Origin: the human T2T-CHM13v2.0 reference genome, Homo sapiens
Direction: 5' to 3' (one strand)
NCBI RefSeq assembly: GCF_009914755.1
Contig: NC_060935.1
DNA: 64,000 bases
In this document: positions 1-18,139 of the stretch, piece by piece
Layout of the letters: each line of letters starts with the position of its first letter
Position numbering within the stretch: position 1 is the first letter of the stretch
Notes under the pieces: model-generated
The model's database searches: none
Told to the model about the DNA's origin: nothing
Seen by the model: only the letters and a program-made list of their open reading frames with translations
Program-made: the position numbers and the translations under genes

Positions 1-4565
<4,565 letters not shown>

Positions 4566-5015
4566 AATGCTACAGGAATTTCTGCCAGCTTAAACGTTGT
4601 AAGATAAAAACAGATCTACATAAAGAAAGGACGAACTCAGAAAAGAATAAGTTGTGGCAAAATAAAAAGGATTGGCTTTTTAAATTTTAATTTATTTGAA
4701 AAGAAAATGACTGAATCAATAATAATATTACTACAATATGTATCTATTATGTATAGAGAAATAAAATATATGAAAACAACAGCACAAAGAATAGGGTAAG
4801 TGGAATTGTACTATTGAAAGTTTTGTATATTTGTGAAATATAATTTTGGAAGGGTGAAGTGTAAAATATTTAATTATTAATATTCTAAGAAGACTCTGAT
4901 AATTTAAGACTGTGAATACCATATGATAATCACTAGAGTAGCCAATTAAAAGTGAATTTAGAAAGCAAGAAACAATAGAAATATCTGATGATAGGTGAAC
5001 GGGTAACTATTCTAT

Positions 5016-5519
5016 TCAAACTATTCTAACAGGGAAACAGCAAAGGAACTAACATAACTAAATACATTTTTGTTTAAGAAGCCTCTAGCCATGCCTACAT
5101 GTGGGCTAGGGTAATTTTAGAGCACTGAGATAATATGCAAAAAGACAATCACAGTTTTTAAAACTAACTCTGGGATTAAAGGGAAAGTGTGTAAAACATG
5201 TAAACAACTCTTTTGTTAAAGATTTATAGGAGCACTGGGACCTAACCAAGAAATTCCCAACCTCCTCAGGTCCTTGCTCATGCCCAGATGTCTGAGGTCA
5301 TGGGTTAGCTCTTGATCTCAACCCCTTTCTCTTCCCCCTGCCCTTAACCTAAAAATAGCCTAACATTTATGTTGACTTAACATTGTACTTTAGGATGATA
5401 GTCTACCATCATCTTGGTTTGCTGGCTTTCCAAATAGACTCGCTTTTCCTCCCAACAACTCTTGTCTCTCCAGAGCTTTATTCTCAAGTGGCAAGCAACC
5501 AAACCTGGGTTAGGTTACA
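5016..5519 (+). mobile_element. ERV1-class solo LTR (MER4/MER34-group, subfamily uncertain)
   Basis: Ends in 'gcaagcaaccaaacctgggttaggttaca', a typical LTR 3' terminus; 5' boundary approximate. Confidence 0.5.
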
Positions 5520-5767
5520 CTATGATCTATTTATATAATTGAATAATAGTTAGAAATTGAAAATAAGTAAATTTCTGACACATAAAGCACGATAGATAAA
5601 ATCCACAGACACTATTTTGACCCAAAGAAAGTAAACACAAATTCTAAAAAGTCTATGGTGATAGAAATAAAACCTGTGTTTTTGTGAGGTGAAGGGAGTA
5701 TTTCAACTGCAAGGGCACAAAGAGAATATTCAAAAATATTTATAGGAGTAATATTTTATGGTTTTAT

Positions 5768-7058
5768 AGAGCAGTTCTCAAAAAGTTCAGGAAAATGCAT
5801 ATTATAAAAAATTATGCATGAATTTTAATAATTTTTGCACCAAAATAAACTCATAATAACTTATTATAACATGTCTGAACAGATTCTATCTAGAGGCACT
5901 AAGAAGAATAAGACACCAGTTTGAAAACAGCCCCTATTGAGCAACATGAATTCTGCTAAACTTGAAGCAAGAATGAACAGCAAATATATTGTGAAACTTG
6001 GATGGAAGATTGGTGAAATCATTGATGATTTACAAAAGGTTTATTGGGACAAAGTCCCCCCAAAGTCAGCACTTTACAAATGGATAATTCATTTTAAGAA
6101 GGGATAAAATGATATGAAAGACAAAGCCCACAGTGGCAAACCATCCACATCAGTTTGCAAGAACAAAAATTAATCTTATTCTTGCCCTAATTGGAGAAGA
6201 CTGATGATTAACAGCAGAAACAATAGTGACCACCATAAACATCTGAATTGCTTCAACTTACACAATTCTGACAGAAAAATTACAGTTGAACAAACTTTCC
6301 ATTCAATGGGTGCCAAAAATGTTGCATCTGGATCAGCTGCAGAAAACAGTAGAGCTTTTAACAAAATTTTTTAAAAAGTAGTATTAAGATCCTGCAGCAT
6401 TCTTTGAAGAATTATAACAGGAGATAAAACATGGCTTTACCAGTATCATCCTAAAGACAAAGCACAATCAAACCAATGACTACCAAGACCTAAAGTGGTT
6501 CAATCAAAGTAAAGCCTAATCTAGACTGAAGGTCATGGCAAGTTTTTTTGGATGCTCAAAGCGTTTTGCTTGTTGACATTCTGGAGGAGCACAGAACAAT
6601 AACATCTGCTTAGATGAGAGTGTTTTGAGAAAGTTAGCCAAAGTTTTAGCAGAAAATGTCCAAGAAAGCTTTACCGGAGTGTCATTTTCCTCTATGACAA
6701 TGCTCCTGCTAATTCCTCTCATCAAACAAAGGAAATTGTATACAAGTTTTAAGGGGAAATCATTAGGATTCCACTGTACAGCCCTGATTTGGCTTTTCCT
6801 GAATTATTTTTATTTCTTAATCTTAAAAAAATATTTAAAGGATTCCCATTTTTCTTCAGTTAATAATGTAAAAAAAAAAAAAGACTGCATTGACCTGGTT
6901 ACATTCCCAGGACAGTTATTTAAGGATGGACTCTGGCTGATGTCACTGAGTACAAAAGTGTCTTGAACTTGATGGAATTTACGTTAAAAAGTAAAGTCTA
7001 TATTTTTTATTTTAATTATTTAATTCCATTTCTCCATGAACTTTTTGAGGTCCCCTCT
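5768..7058 (+). mobile_element. HSMAR2 mariner DNA transposon, full length, decayed
   Basis: TIRs 'gagcagttctcaaaaagttcagg' and 'ccatgaactttttgaggtcccctct', flanked by TA; ~1.29 kb. Confidence 0.93.
5946..6994 (+). pseudogene. Disrupted HSMAR2 transposase
   Basis: ATG at 5946 reads MNSAKLEAR...VKLGWK; IITGDKTWLYQY (~6411) is the degenerate TGDETW catalytic motif; multiple frameshifts. Confidence 0.85.
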
Positions 7059-8347
7059 TACACTTGTCAAAGCAGATTGATTAAACTGTGCACCTAAAAT
7101 CTTTGCATTTGACCATGTGTAAATTGCATCTCAATAAAGTTGATTTTTTAAGATAACACTTTTTACATGTAAGGGAAACTAAAAGAATCACAAACGAAAT
7201 GGAAAAATTACTCATAATTCCATCTCCCACAGATAATGATTTAAATTTTGATGTATGTATATTTTTATACTCACTCTTTCCATAAATTTCTCATATAGCA
7301 TTTTGTGGCCTTTTTATGTTAAACTTTAGCAATGGTAAAAGTGTTTTGTGTAAAATGTTTTCTTCCAGTATTTTTAAAATGATTACATAGTGTAAATATA
7401 GCTAGATTAAACATTCACACAGATGTACAAAAATATTAAATATAGCAATAAATCTCAAAAAGATTTTTTTTATTTTTTATTGCAAATCTCTTTTTATTGT
7501 TGAGCTTTCATATTTACTGAGGATTAAGCTTTAAATTTTGCCAATTAAAAATATCACCATCCTCCTGTTTAAAACACTCATGTCAGAGTAATTTCTCTGT
7601 CTTAGGGTTTCATCTTGCTGCTCTTAAATTCTCCAATGGTAACAGTCTCATGGCATTACATGGGGGAAAATGGGCCTTTTGATGTATTTTCAGGTCCTTG
7701 CAGTATTCACTAGAGTAGAGCTTAGCCTAACTGGCCACTGGTTGTTCTTCACCAGAATCTGGTATTAGGTACAGCTAGTACCATCTGGCCTTTTGAGAAT
7801 CATGCTATGACCAACTGCTGGGGACTGTGGACCTTGCCCTTGGATCCTCTTTGTTACTCTTTTATTTTCTCTATAATCAAGATTCTGGACATTGGTATAA
7901 AATATATTAAATCCTACCTATATGAGTTGAAAGTGTAGCTACTAATTTTAAGATAGAATTTTTTGAAACTCAAAGCAATGATTTCTTCTGTTTGTTTTCT
8001 TTCCATAGGCCTTAAGCTCAACCAGAAGGCCTGGCAGTAATGGAGGAAGGGTTTCAGGGGCAACACCAACCAAGAAGAGAAAATACATTTGATCAAATGT
8101 CAAAACAGCATCTGGTTTCAATAATATTCCATTGTACATCTGTATCAAAATGTGTTTAACCTACTTCCTATTGTCGTACATTTATGTCATTACCATTTTT
8201 TAACTATTATTATCTTAAATTCTAAAAGGGAATTTTGAAAAGACAAGCAATCAGGGCTTATAGAGAGGAGGTACAAAGATATGGATAGAAGAAAGCCCCT
8301 ACCACTGCTCAATCTTCTTTTTCCTCCGGATGACTCAATATTCTTAC

Positions 8348-8515
8348 TCTTGAGCCTTTGGCTTGCTTCACAATTAAGAATTCAGGGTAGAAATGTGTTT
8401 ATCCATATTCCATCACAAGCTCTCTAACAAGTTTATCAGTGCTCCTGATATTGTGCCCACTTCCTCAGATACAGTGCCCGAAATATCTTGGCAGCTTAAG
8501 TCAGCAGTTCCCTAT
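8348..8515 (-). pseudogene. Candidate exon of the decayed minus-strand gene
   Basis: Minus-strand acceptor tttttttctag| and donor AGA|gtaaga; 168 nt; non-repeat; stops in all frames. Confidence 0.4.
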
Positions 8516-8659
8516 CTAGAAAAAAATATATATCTTCAATCCAAAATGACTTACTATTTTTAATAAACTAAATGCCAAGCATAGACTTCATAGACATTTT
8601 TAAAGGCATTTCAGGCATTTACACTTCCTCTTATTAAAAACCTAATATCTATTCTTTTT

Positions 8660-10067
8660 CCCCTAATCACCACACCTAATCCCTCTCCAGGTCTTGTAAG
8701 CTCTGCTTTCAAACTCCCTATCAAATCTTGTCCACTGCTCTTCATATCCAATCCCTTTATTCTAGTGTCAGCCACATCTATTTCTTCTCTGAACTTTGCA
8801 AAGCCTGAAGACAGCATGTATTCTTAGCCCCTACAACTTTCACATAGCAGCTAATCATCTTTTAAAAATAAGGTAGATGATGTCCCTTTTCTGTGTCAAC
8901 CTGCAGTGTATTCTGAATAAGATCCAATTTACCAAGGTCTGTAAGGCAATGAGTGGCCTGGCTCCTGCCTACCTCACTTTATCCCTTATTTTCTTTGCAC
9001 AAAGTAAGGTTTCCTTGCTTTTCCTGGAACACTGCAGGTTCTGCCCTGCCTCTGGGACTTCATACTTGCTTTCCTCTCTCCTCAATCCCCTGTGGTCAAC
9101 ATAGACTCCTTCCCGTCCTCAGGTCTCAAATTGTTACTACAGTTTGGACCCCGGGTTCTTTGGCTCTGGTGTAAGTAGAAATGAACACCAAGTCAAACAA
9201 ATTTTTCTCAGGCAATGTTGCATAGGTATTTGTGGCTCAAATACAAAAGGGAGCGGCATACAGGAAAGAAATCTGGGTACCAGCTCCCTGAGGGGCTCAG
9301 CTCTTGTCATTTTAAGAAAAGTGAGGCTGGAAAAAGAATGCCATCCAAGCATGTTTAGGCAGGGTCTTTCCTGTGCTTGCACAGTGGGGTATCATGCTTT
9401 AACATGCATCACAGGACCAGAAAGTAGCAGATGAGCCCTGCCTTGGGCTGAAACTGTAGTACTACAATGAGATTACAATGAGGAAAAAGTCAGTGAAAGG
9501 TTGGCACTGGAGCCCATCTTGTCTTCAGGAAGCTGTATCTGGTGAGGTTCTTATCAGGAATGCCAAAGTCTTGCTTCAGCAACCTTGGAAGGCATCACTG
9601 AAAAGCTAGATGGTTATGTTCTTCCTTTTATGGCCAGAAATTCAACCTGGCCAGCTAAGTTAGGTAGAGGTCCCCCTTCCTGATCATGTGAGTTGGGTCA
9701 GCTTGTTAAGGGAGGCCAAAAAGTAGTGGAGGAATGTAAGAGCCATCAGGACATTGGTTACCCTGTCACTTGTCTACCAGGACTCAGTCTCTTCCTTGTA
9801 CTGTCTCAAAATCAAAGGTCACCTTCTCAGGGAGGCCTTTTGTCATCAACCTAATCATTGGCTCCCTAAGAAACTGTCTTATCTCCCTCACATTAATCCT
9901 AAGTTATTTTTGTTGGTTTTGTTGTTTATTGTTTTACATCTGTTTCCAAGAGATTTTTAAGGTCTCTGAGGAAATGAAATTTTACTTATTCACTCCTGTA
10001 TCCCTAATGCCTACCCAGAGCTGACACATAAGGGTCCTTAGTAAATACATGTTGAATGAATGTATGA
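8660..10067 (+). mobile_element. L2 LINE 3' portion interrupted by an LTR
   Basis: L2 motifs 'ggctcctgcctacctc', 'tcaccttctcagggaggcc' and terminal 'gttgaatgaatgtatgaa'. Confidence 0.7.
9132..9808 (-). mobile_element. ERV1-class solo LTR
   Basis: TG...CA ends with 4-bp TSD AAAT (9128-9131, 9809-9812); splits the L2 cleanly. Confidence 0.75.
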
Positions 10068-10091
10068 ACCACTTGGTTGTGATGATTCACA

Positions 10092-10250
10092 AGGTGTTGT
10101 ATTTCTCACCCTGCGCCCCTTGACCAGCAGCATCCGCATCACCAGGGAACATATTAGAAATGTAGCTCTTGAACCCCACCTCTCCCAGATGTACTAAATC
10201 AGAAATCCTGGTAGGGTCCAGCCATCTGTGTTTTAGCAAGCCCTGCAGTC
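10092..10250. mobile_element. MER5 (hAT-Charlie) fragment
   Basis: 'gaccagcagcatc...catcaccagggaac..ttagaaatg...aatcagaaa...ctgtgttttagcaagccct'. Confidence 0.7.
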
Positions 10251-10747
10251 ATGATTAGCTTTTCTATCTTCCCCATTTACAGATAAAGAATCTAAGAAAG
10301 TTTGAGTAATTGCCCACGTCAAAAAGTCATAGACCTAGGCTGCAACTCTGATTTCCTAGACCTTAACCACTGAACCATGGTTCCCTAGGGGGCTAAATAA
10401 TTTAAATATCAATAGAATGAGATTTTTGCCTTCAGGATCAGTGCAATGTGTGAAATACTTTGATCAATAATTGTAGAATTGTGTGAAAATGGCTATTATC
10501 TGAGTTAGGTACAAAGTTGTATGGGAGAGGCAGGACAGGGAAACTGCCTGGAGTGATGAGAGAAAGCTTATAAACCAAGTTTCATTTTATGCATGTCTTT
10601 CCTAATAAGATGAGGACGAGTTAAACAGAAAAGGAACGGAATATGTAATTCCAGCCACCTTGAAGTGGGGTTTGAGGTGAACTGGGGAGAGTGACAGAAG
10701 AATTCTGAAAGACCACTGGAGTGGCCAGCCTCTGAGTGCCCCTAAAC

Positions 10748-12851
10748 TATATCAGTCAGCTCAGGCAGCTATAACAAAATACCATAGACCAGGTGGCTGA
10801 AACTCTTCCCACAGTTTGGGAGGCTGAGAAGTTGAAGATCAAAGGGCTGGCTGATTCAGTTTCTCATGAGGGCTCTTTTCCTGGCTTGCAGATGGCTGCC
10901 TCCTCACTGTGTCCCCACATGGCCTTTCCTCAGTGCACACACATGGAGATGGAAAGACAGAAAGGCCTCTCTTTCTCTCTCTCTCTTCGTATAAGGCCAC
11001 CGATCCTATGGCATTAGGACACCGCCCCACCCCCACGCCCTGCTGCCATACAATCTCATTTAACCTTAATTACCTCCTAAAAACCATATCTCCAAATACC
11101 ATCACACTAGGGGCTAGGGCTACAACATATAAATTTGGTGGAGGGACACAATTCAGACCATAACATTCCACCCCTGCTCCCCAAATTTATGACCTTCTCA
11201 TGCACAAAATACAATTATTCCACTCCAGTAGCCCCCGAAGTCTTGACTAATTCCGGAGTCAACTCTAAAGACTGAAGTCCAGAGTCTCATCTAAATCAAG
11301 TATGGGTGAGTCTCAAGGTAAGATTCATCTTGAGGCAAAATTTTTCTCTAGCTGTGAAGCTGTCTTTCGTGCTTCCAAATGACAGTGGTGGGACAAGTAA
11401 AGGATAGAGATTCCCATTCCAAAACCTAGCAGGGCAAATTTCATTAGATATTAAGGCTCTAGAACAACCCCCTTTGGCTTGGTGTCCCACCTTCCAGGCC
11501 CACTAGGGTGGCAGCATCACTGCCACAGCCCTTTGAAGGCAGTCTCATTCCTTCAGCTTGGTGAGGTGCCACCCTGCTGCTTTCTGCTACAGCATCACCC
11601 ACACAGTTTTCCGCAGTGGCGCTTCTCTCTGAAACTGAACAGGAAACAGCCTTGCCCTGTGGACCTGTGAGGGGGGTGTCAACTCTGATGACCTTTGAAT
11701 TGTCTTTGGGGTCATTTTTTCCTTTCCTTGAAGAATAGCACACATTCACAGCCAAATAGCTCTGTGGTACATTCCCATAAAATCCAGGTCCAATGGCCTT
11801 CCTTCATTCGGTCTGACTTTCTCTGTCCACTTTAGTTCAAACTGGCAGTGGCCCTGCTGGCACAATTCCATCTGCATTCCTGGGTTCTGCTGAGATGATT
11901 GATTAACATTGTAGTTAATCCCTGTATGGAGTAATTGTCCAGCTACACCTTTGGTGTTCTCTCTAGAATAAGCTTCATCATTTTTTATAATATGGATTGG
12001 CTGAGAATTTTGAAAATCTTTAAGTTCAGATTCCTTTTGGCTTAACAATTCTTTCTCAATACATCCCACTCCTCTAACATTTTACTATTAGCAATCAGGA
12101 GGAAGTAAAGGAACTAAGCTGTTTCTTCAACACTATGCTTATAAATCTGCTCCACTAAATATCCAATTTCATTGCTGACAGTTTTACCTTTCACAAAACA
12201 ATAGAACAAACACAAGCCATGTTTTTCTTTTTACTTTATAATAGAGATTACCCTTTCTCCAGTTTCCCATAACCTATTCCTCATTCCTGTCTGAGACGTC
12301 AACAGAATAACCTTAAACATTATTTTTATCAACGTTATGTTCATGACAATATATGCTTTTTCTAGCATGCACCTCAAAACTCTTCCAGCCTCTACCCATT
12401 CCAGTTCCAAAGAAATTTCTACATTTTTAGTTAATTTGTTCCAGTAGCACCACTACTTCTTAATACCAAAATCTATAGTAGTATGTTAGGGTTGCCATAA
12501 CAAAATACCACAGACTGGGTGGCTTAAACAACATTTATTTCCTGCAGTTGTAGAAACTGAGAAGTCCAAGTTTAAGGTGCCAGCAAAATGGGTTTTATTC
12601 ATAGGCTTCTTTTCTGCCTTGCTTGTAAGCTCCTTCTTACTGTGTCCTCACATAGTGTGGTGAGAGTAGAAGAGAAAGAGCTCTTGTGCCTCTTCTTATA
12701 AGAATATCCATCTTATTGAATTAGGACCTTAGTCTTATGATTATATTTAACTTTAATTACCTCGGAAAGACTCTAACTCCAAAATACTGTCACACAGGGG
12801 CTTAGGGCTGCAACATATGGATTTGGGGAGGTCACAATTCAGTCCATAGCA
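10748..12851 (-). mobile_element. MaLR provirus: MLT1A-family LTR (10748-11165) + internal (11166-12473) + LTR (12474-12851)
   Basis: Two LTRs starting 'ataacaaaatacca(t/c)agac' and ending 'cacaattcag(a/tc)cata(a/g)ca', enclosing MaLR-int sequence 'ttccacccctgctccccaaattt...accaaaatc'. Confidence 0.85.
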
Positions 12852-14559
12852 CATTCCTACTGAGTTTGCCCTTGATCTCAAGGAAAATAGGAAATTATTA
12901 AATAATTTAGTAAAAGGGCAATGACCAACAATTCTTTTTTTTAAATTCCTTCCCACCGAGGATATAACATTTACATTGTTAAAGTGTTCAGTATAATTCC
13001 AAAGAGAAGATTATCCAGCAATGCAAACATGAAGACTTTTGCCCAGCTGGAGTATGAAGCAAAGTTCCTTCTGTGGCACCCTTCAGGGGTTCCTTCATAC
13101 TTTCAGTCCTTGACTACTCTCTCTCTATTTTTTATTATGCCCTGCTCTTAATTGGTAGACATATGGTATTTGGGGGTTAAGTTTGAATTAAATATCATTT
13201 CATAATAAAAGTGAAAACTGTTGATAAAGGGAAAGCTACCATTCTAAATTATCTAGCACTTACTTGTGTGCTAAGGCAGATACTAGAGACTAACTTTTCC
13301 AAATGGGCTTGGCATGAGATTAAGAATTTTTTTCCTTGCAATCATAAACTAATATATTTAAATATGTGTGTATAAAGAATTATATGTCCTTTGAAGATCA
13401 TTTGACAAATATTTGAACTTGCACATATAGACAAATCTTTAAGTGCCTATTTCTGGTTCTTAATATACAAATTTAGTCTATATAAGAAGCATCTCATTAA
13501 CATATATTGTATGCTCTGCCAATTAGAGAAATATCACACTATCCAGAAAATTGCTTGAAAAGATTTTGGAAAAACTCTAAACACACAGAGGATTTAAACA
13601 TCAGGCATTTCTGTACTCAACGTATTCTTCATAGATCACAGATCTCTCTGGTGCACCATGATTATGGCTGTATACAAATTGAGAAAAGAAATAACATCAT
13701 CTGATAGAAGTAAAAATATCTAATTTATGGATATTCAATTCAGTTGTAAAGAGAAAGCAATGAAAGACATTAAAGTATCTGGGACTCGGGACTGCATTGG
13801 CAATTGGAACACAACCGTAAAACTATCTACAAATTACAAGAAATTTCACCTCTAAATGCTGCAAAATACATGTTTCATCAAAGGCTATCCTCTTCCAAGG
13901 AGAAGTTCTTCAGATTTATACTAAGTTTCAATGCAATATGCTCCCAAACTGAGTAGCATAAACTTAAAATCAGTTTGCATGTGGACATTCTTGGGAATTT
14001 GCTAGTCTCTTGCATTGCTTTTTCATCTCATCCATACAACTTGTATAATGAGCAAATATATAATTGCTGATAGAAATTGTGTATGTAAATTATTGATTTT
14101 CAAATGTGTACACTTTAAGTGGAGATGTACTAACTGAATAAAATTTACATTTCTCCTCTCTAAATGTAAAATGAATCCAACATTGGTTTTAGGGGAAAAA
14201 AAAAGAAGCAGCAAAAAACCCTGATACACCTGAAGGACTCTATTTCCAGAGCAGGTTATAAGGATACTACAAGTTCAAAAATCAAGCAGGTGCCCCTACA
14301 CTTTCCTGTGAGAGTCTTTTCATTAGTCATAAAGCTTCATTTTATTCCATTGCCAAGCTTAAACCTTTTTTTTTTCTCTTTAAGTTTCTAAGAATAAGAG
14401 CCACAGTGTTAATAGCATGAGTTTAAACTGAATGAGAACTTGCTTTGTACCAGCCCCACCGCTAAGCTCATTTAATCCTTTAAGACATCCCTAAGAAGTT
14501 GGTGCTCATATTATAATATTTAACTGAATCTAAGATGCAACTAATTAATTTATGCACCT

Positions 14560-15183
14560 CTGTACTGAACCCAGCTGTGCTCTTCACTAGATCTAATATG
14601 TCTCACTGGTCTCCCATGTCTAGACTGCTTGTCCTCCTTCCAGCTCCAGTAACTCAAGCAGTCCCCTGGTTATAATGGCAGGGCCACCTAAGCCTAGGCC
14701 TTCCAATGTGCAAACAGCCACTGTATTCACTTAATAGTTGGGGGCTGTGGGGAGTTCCACAGCGTCCAACCCACCCAAATCCTTGTAGGCTCTCTCTTTC
14801 CCAGTGGCTGCCTGGAGGGTGTCAGATAACACAGCCCAGAAGTGGGTGAATTAAACCAAACTGTGACCAATGAAAGACAGGCAATGCGAAGGAAATTGTT
14901 CACCATTTTCTCACAGACAAGAAAATGTTCTGAGACACGGTGATTTCTTATAGCTTTTCCAGACATATCTTTTCTGGCTCATAACTGGCTGCTTTCCTCA
15001 TGAAGCTGTGGCCAGCCTGGCAATACATCTCCCATTTTTAAATCTCTCCTTTCATGATCCACTTGCATTTTCCTGTCACTCTTTGGGAATGCAATCTCCA
15101 CCTCACACCCCCACCCCTCAGTAAAGCATCAGTATGCAATCTTGGCCTCAGGCTCTGTTTTCTAGGATAATCCAGCTAATATA
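14560..15183 (+). mobile_element. LTR16-family (ERVL) solo LTR
   Basis: 3' end 'agtaaagcatcagt...ctcaggctctgttttctagg...agctaata'; 'tgaccaatgaaagacagg'. Confidence 0.6.
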
Positions 15184-15239
15184 GATGGACATGTAGTTGA
15201 TTTTAACATGTATCCTGAGTTCAGAGATGTTAACATCCA

Positions 15240-15480
15240 CTAATGCTTATATAGTTAATGCCAGGATCTGTTCTGAGCACCTTGCATATAATTAATTGAC
15301 TCTTCAGTCTCCCTCACAGACTGTTTTCCCTACAGTCTGCCAATTTTACAGGTAAGGCAGCTGATGCTCAGAGAATTTATGTAACTTGATCAAGATCGCA
15401 CAGCATGTAACTGGTGGAGTCAGATAGGAACCCAGTTCTTTCTGATGCTAAGGCACAGGACATTAGTCTGTACACTATGC
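15240..15480 (-). mobile_element. MIR
   Basis: Core 'attttacaggtaaggcagctgatgctcagaga...taacttg..caagatcgcacagc'. Confidence 0.7.
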
Positions 15481-16005
15481 TTTCTACATCTGCGTTTACC
15501 TCTACAAAGCTGGATTGACTTTAGGAAACAGTGTCAGTGTCTGCCACTAGGAAAGAGTGCCAGTGTCTGGTCAATGGGGCCCTCACTTCTTTCAAAGATA
15601 TATTCAAAAAATGTACTTATGTAGACCCCATCTTTCTCTTTTTAAAGCCCCACATCTTTAGCAAAGCTTTTTCTGACTACTTCATTATACAGAAATCTTC
15701 TCCTGAGCACCTTCAGCAATTACCATATATTATTTTACATTGCCATTTAAAAGGGTGAAGAGAAGTTAAGTTTACTAGATATCAGCCACTATATGGATGT
15801 ATAGACACATTGCTAAATGAATTTCAGCAAAAATCTTATTTGGCATACATTTACATCCATTGACAGACAAAAAATCTGAATATTGGAGAGGTTAAATAAT
15901 TTGCTATGATCAGCGAGTTAATAAACACCAACAATTTCCACTGGTCTGGATATCATTTTATTATCACTCTTTTTTTCCAGAGTATAAGAACCAGGTTTTA
16001 TGCAC

Positions 16006-16150
16006 TTTTGTTTGTTTGTTTTTGTTTTTGTTTTTGTAATGACAGGGTCTTATTCTGTCCCCTAGGCTGAAGTGCTGTGGTACAATCATAACTCACTATA
16101 GCTTCAAGCTCCTGGAGTCAAGTGATCCTCTCACCTCAGCCTCCTGAGTA
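16006..16150 (-). mobile_element. 5'-truncated AluJ/FRAM right arm
   Basis: T-rich tail then 'gacagggtct...cctcagcctcctgagta'; flanked by the repeat 'aggttttat'. Confidence 0.8.
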
Positions 16151-17249
16151 AGGTTTTATACTTCTCTACATTCACCACTGTGCCTAGCACAGCATTGTTT
16201 ATGTGAAAGACACTCATCCAATGGAAAGAATAAGGAATGAATATATAATTGCAAGTATGCCATCAAATATATTAGTGAAGGGGAAAGAAACATTATTTCA
16301 CTGCAATAGTGATTCTTTTACCCACAAAGTTTTCCAGTGCTCTATTTTTTTAAATGATCTAAAACTGCACTCTCTGTGATCACTTTTCTTGTATAAATGG
16401 GAATCCTTGGAAAGATTCAGTATATAACTGCCTTATTATATTTTACCTTCATAGAGAAACTGTTATTATAATTCTCATGTTTACATATAGTCAATCCTTC
16501 AGACTGTGAAAAACAATTTTTATCCTTATTAAAGCACCCATATATACCAGAAAGGACCTAATAAAAATCATTTGTAAGTAATCCATTATTAGGCATAGTC
16601 TATGGATATCAAGGTACAGTTGACAAATGATTTACCTGATTTTTTAAGTCAAATCAGAAGTTGAGAATTTCAATTTTTCAAATGCAGTTATTAATTTCTT
16701 AAGAAGGCAAGAGCACAAAATCAATGATTTTCAGACTCTTGTCTTTGCCACACACACAAAATCCTAAATCTCCTCCTACTGCCAATTGGCATTCAAATGT
16801 ACATGCAATGTATATGGGCTCATGTTGAGTCTTCTATGGAAAATGATCTTTTCCTATCCAGGATAAGGATATTTCTTCACATGTAACCTAGTAGGAAAAA
16901 GGGAATTACTTACTCCTGAAAAGATGGTTTTGCTTTCTTTTTTTTTTTTTCATTTTTTTAACAATTAAGTCATTTCTATCTCACTAAATGATGTATGTAG
17001 CTATGTAATGAGATGTCCCTAAAACAAAACCCCACACTCTGCAGGTCTCTCTCATACCACACGGGCAACCTTTCTTTCCAACATTACAGCAAAATCCAGG
17101 GAAGTGGGGCTGCTTAGATTGGGGAAAAGGGAACAGTAGGATAAGAATAATAGTTTTTTTTGTTTTTTTGTTTGTTTGTTTTGTTTTTTTTTTCAAAAAA
17201 AGACACTAGATTTGTATCATAAATAATATGGCACTTAACTTGGCCTCCA

Positions 17250-17480
17250 TAGCCAAAAATAGCATGAGCTCATTTAGCGTGCCCATTATAAACCCAAATA
17301 TAATTTGTCACCCTCAGCAAGACTCCAATGTCTTTTTCACCATCAGAGCTTTCCAGGTTTTTCTAATCCATTTAATATCTGTGTTTCACATTATTTTGTC
17401 CCATATGTATCAAGTTGCATTTGCCAAGACTGAATCTCATTCTATCAGTTCCTGCTCCTGTTACTGACCTTTTCAGATTC
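17250..17480 (-). mobile_element. CR1/L3 LINE RT C-terminal fragment
   Basis: Minus strand reads MRFSLGKCNLIHMGQNNVKHRY*MD*KNLESSDGEKDIGVLL, matching the CR1 motif MRFNxxKCKVxHxGxxNxxxxY...EKDLGVxV. Confidence 0.75.
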
Positions 17481-17995
17481 CTTCATATGACTTTTTCCAG
17501 ATAAAGCCCCCACTGCATTCTAGCACAAAACCCCTCTCCTTTTTGATACACTGTAATGTGTTTGATGAACGGTGACCCTGTATAATGGTAAGTATAATAG
17601 TAATTCAGCCTTTATACACACACTGAAATAATTCAAGTCCCTGGGTGCACATCACACATACAGAAATTCACCCTAGGCTATTTTCTTCTAAAGGTATGCA
17701 TGGGTATGCACCCTGGAATGAATTCTCTGCCAAACCACAGGGATTATTGGAATTGCAGTGCTCAGTTACAATCACTGACCTTGCAGACACATTAAGCTGA
17801 AAAAACAAAATGACTTTATTATAAGTTCCAAAATCCCAAAATTAAATATTCTACAAGCCTTCTAATTCAGGTCTCAAGTCTCAGTCCAAGTTCTAATACT
17901 GATTACAAGTAAACATTGACTTAAATATTTCCTTTCCACCCTACCCAAATATTAACTATGCAATACTCATAAAAACCAAATGATCTATTGATTAC

Positions 17996-18139
17996 AATAA
18001 TCTGTGAGCATAATAGAATGATTCAGGTGATCTGACAAGCTGGTACTCTGCAAATGCTCTAAACATAGCAAGTGATGTAAAATCTCCCAAATGTAAAAAA
18101 GTGTATCTCCACCACAGACACTTCTTGATTAGTAGGTAT
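17996..18139 (-). pseudogene. Candidate exon of the decayed minus-strand gene
   Basis: Acceptor gttttccacccgccaag|, donor ATT|gtaatc; 144 nt; one open frame (YLLIKKCLWW...YYAHRL). Confidence 0.3.

Larger units (their letters stand above)
5600..7150 (+). mobile_element. Old L1M(E) 3'-end fragment split by the HSMAR2 insertion
   Basis: 'ctatggtgatagaaat...aagggcacaaagagaa' before HSMAR2 and 'cacttgtcaaa...tgtaaattgcatctcaataaagttgatt' after it. Confidence 0.6.

Noticed and set aside
7480-7917. Possible minus-strand terminal exon (VGFNIFYTNVQN..., AATAAA near 7495)
   Set aside because: Moderate acceptor and no homology recognised; AATAAA is common in this AT-rich DNA.
8009-8092. Plus-strand acceptor followed by ALSSTRR...TKKRKYI*
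   Set aside because: Isolated; no partner exons on the plus strand; cannot be supported.
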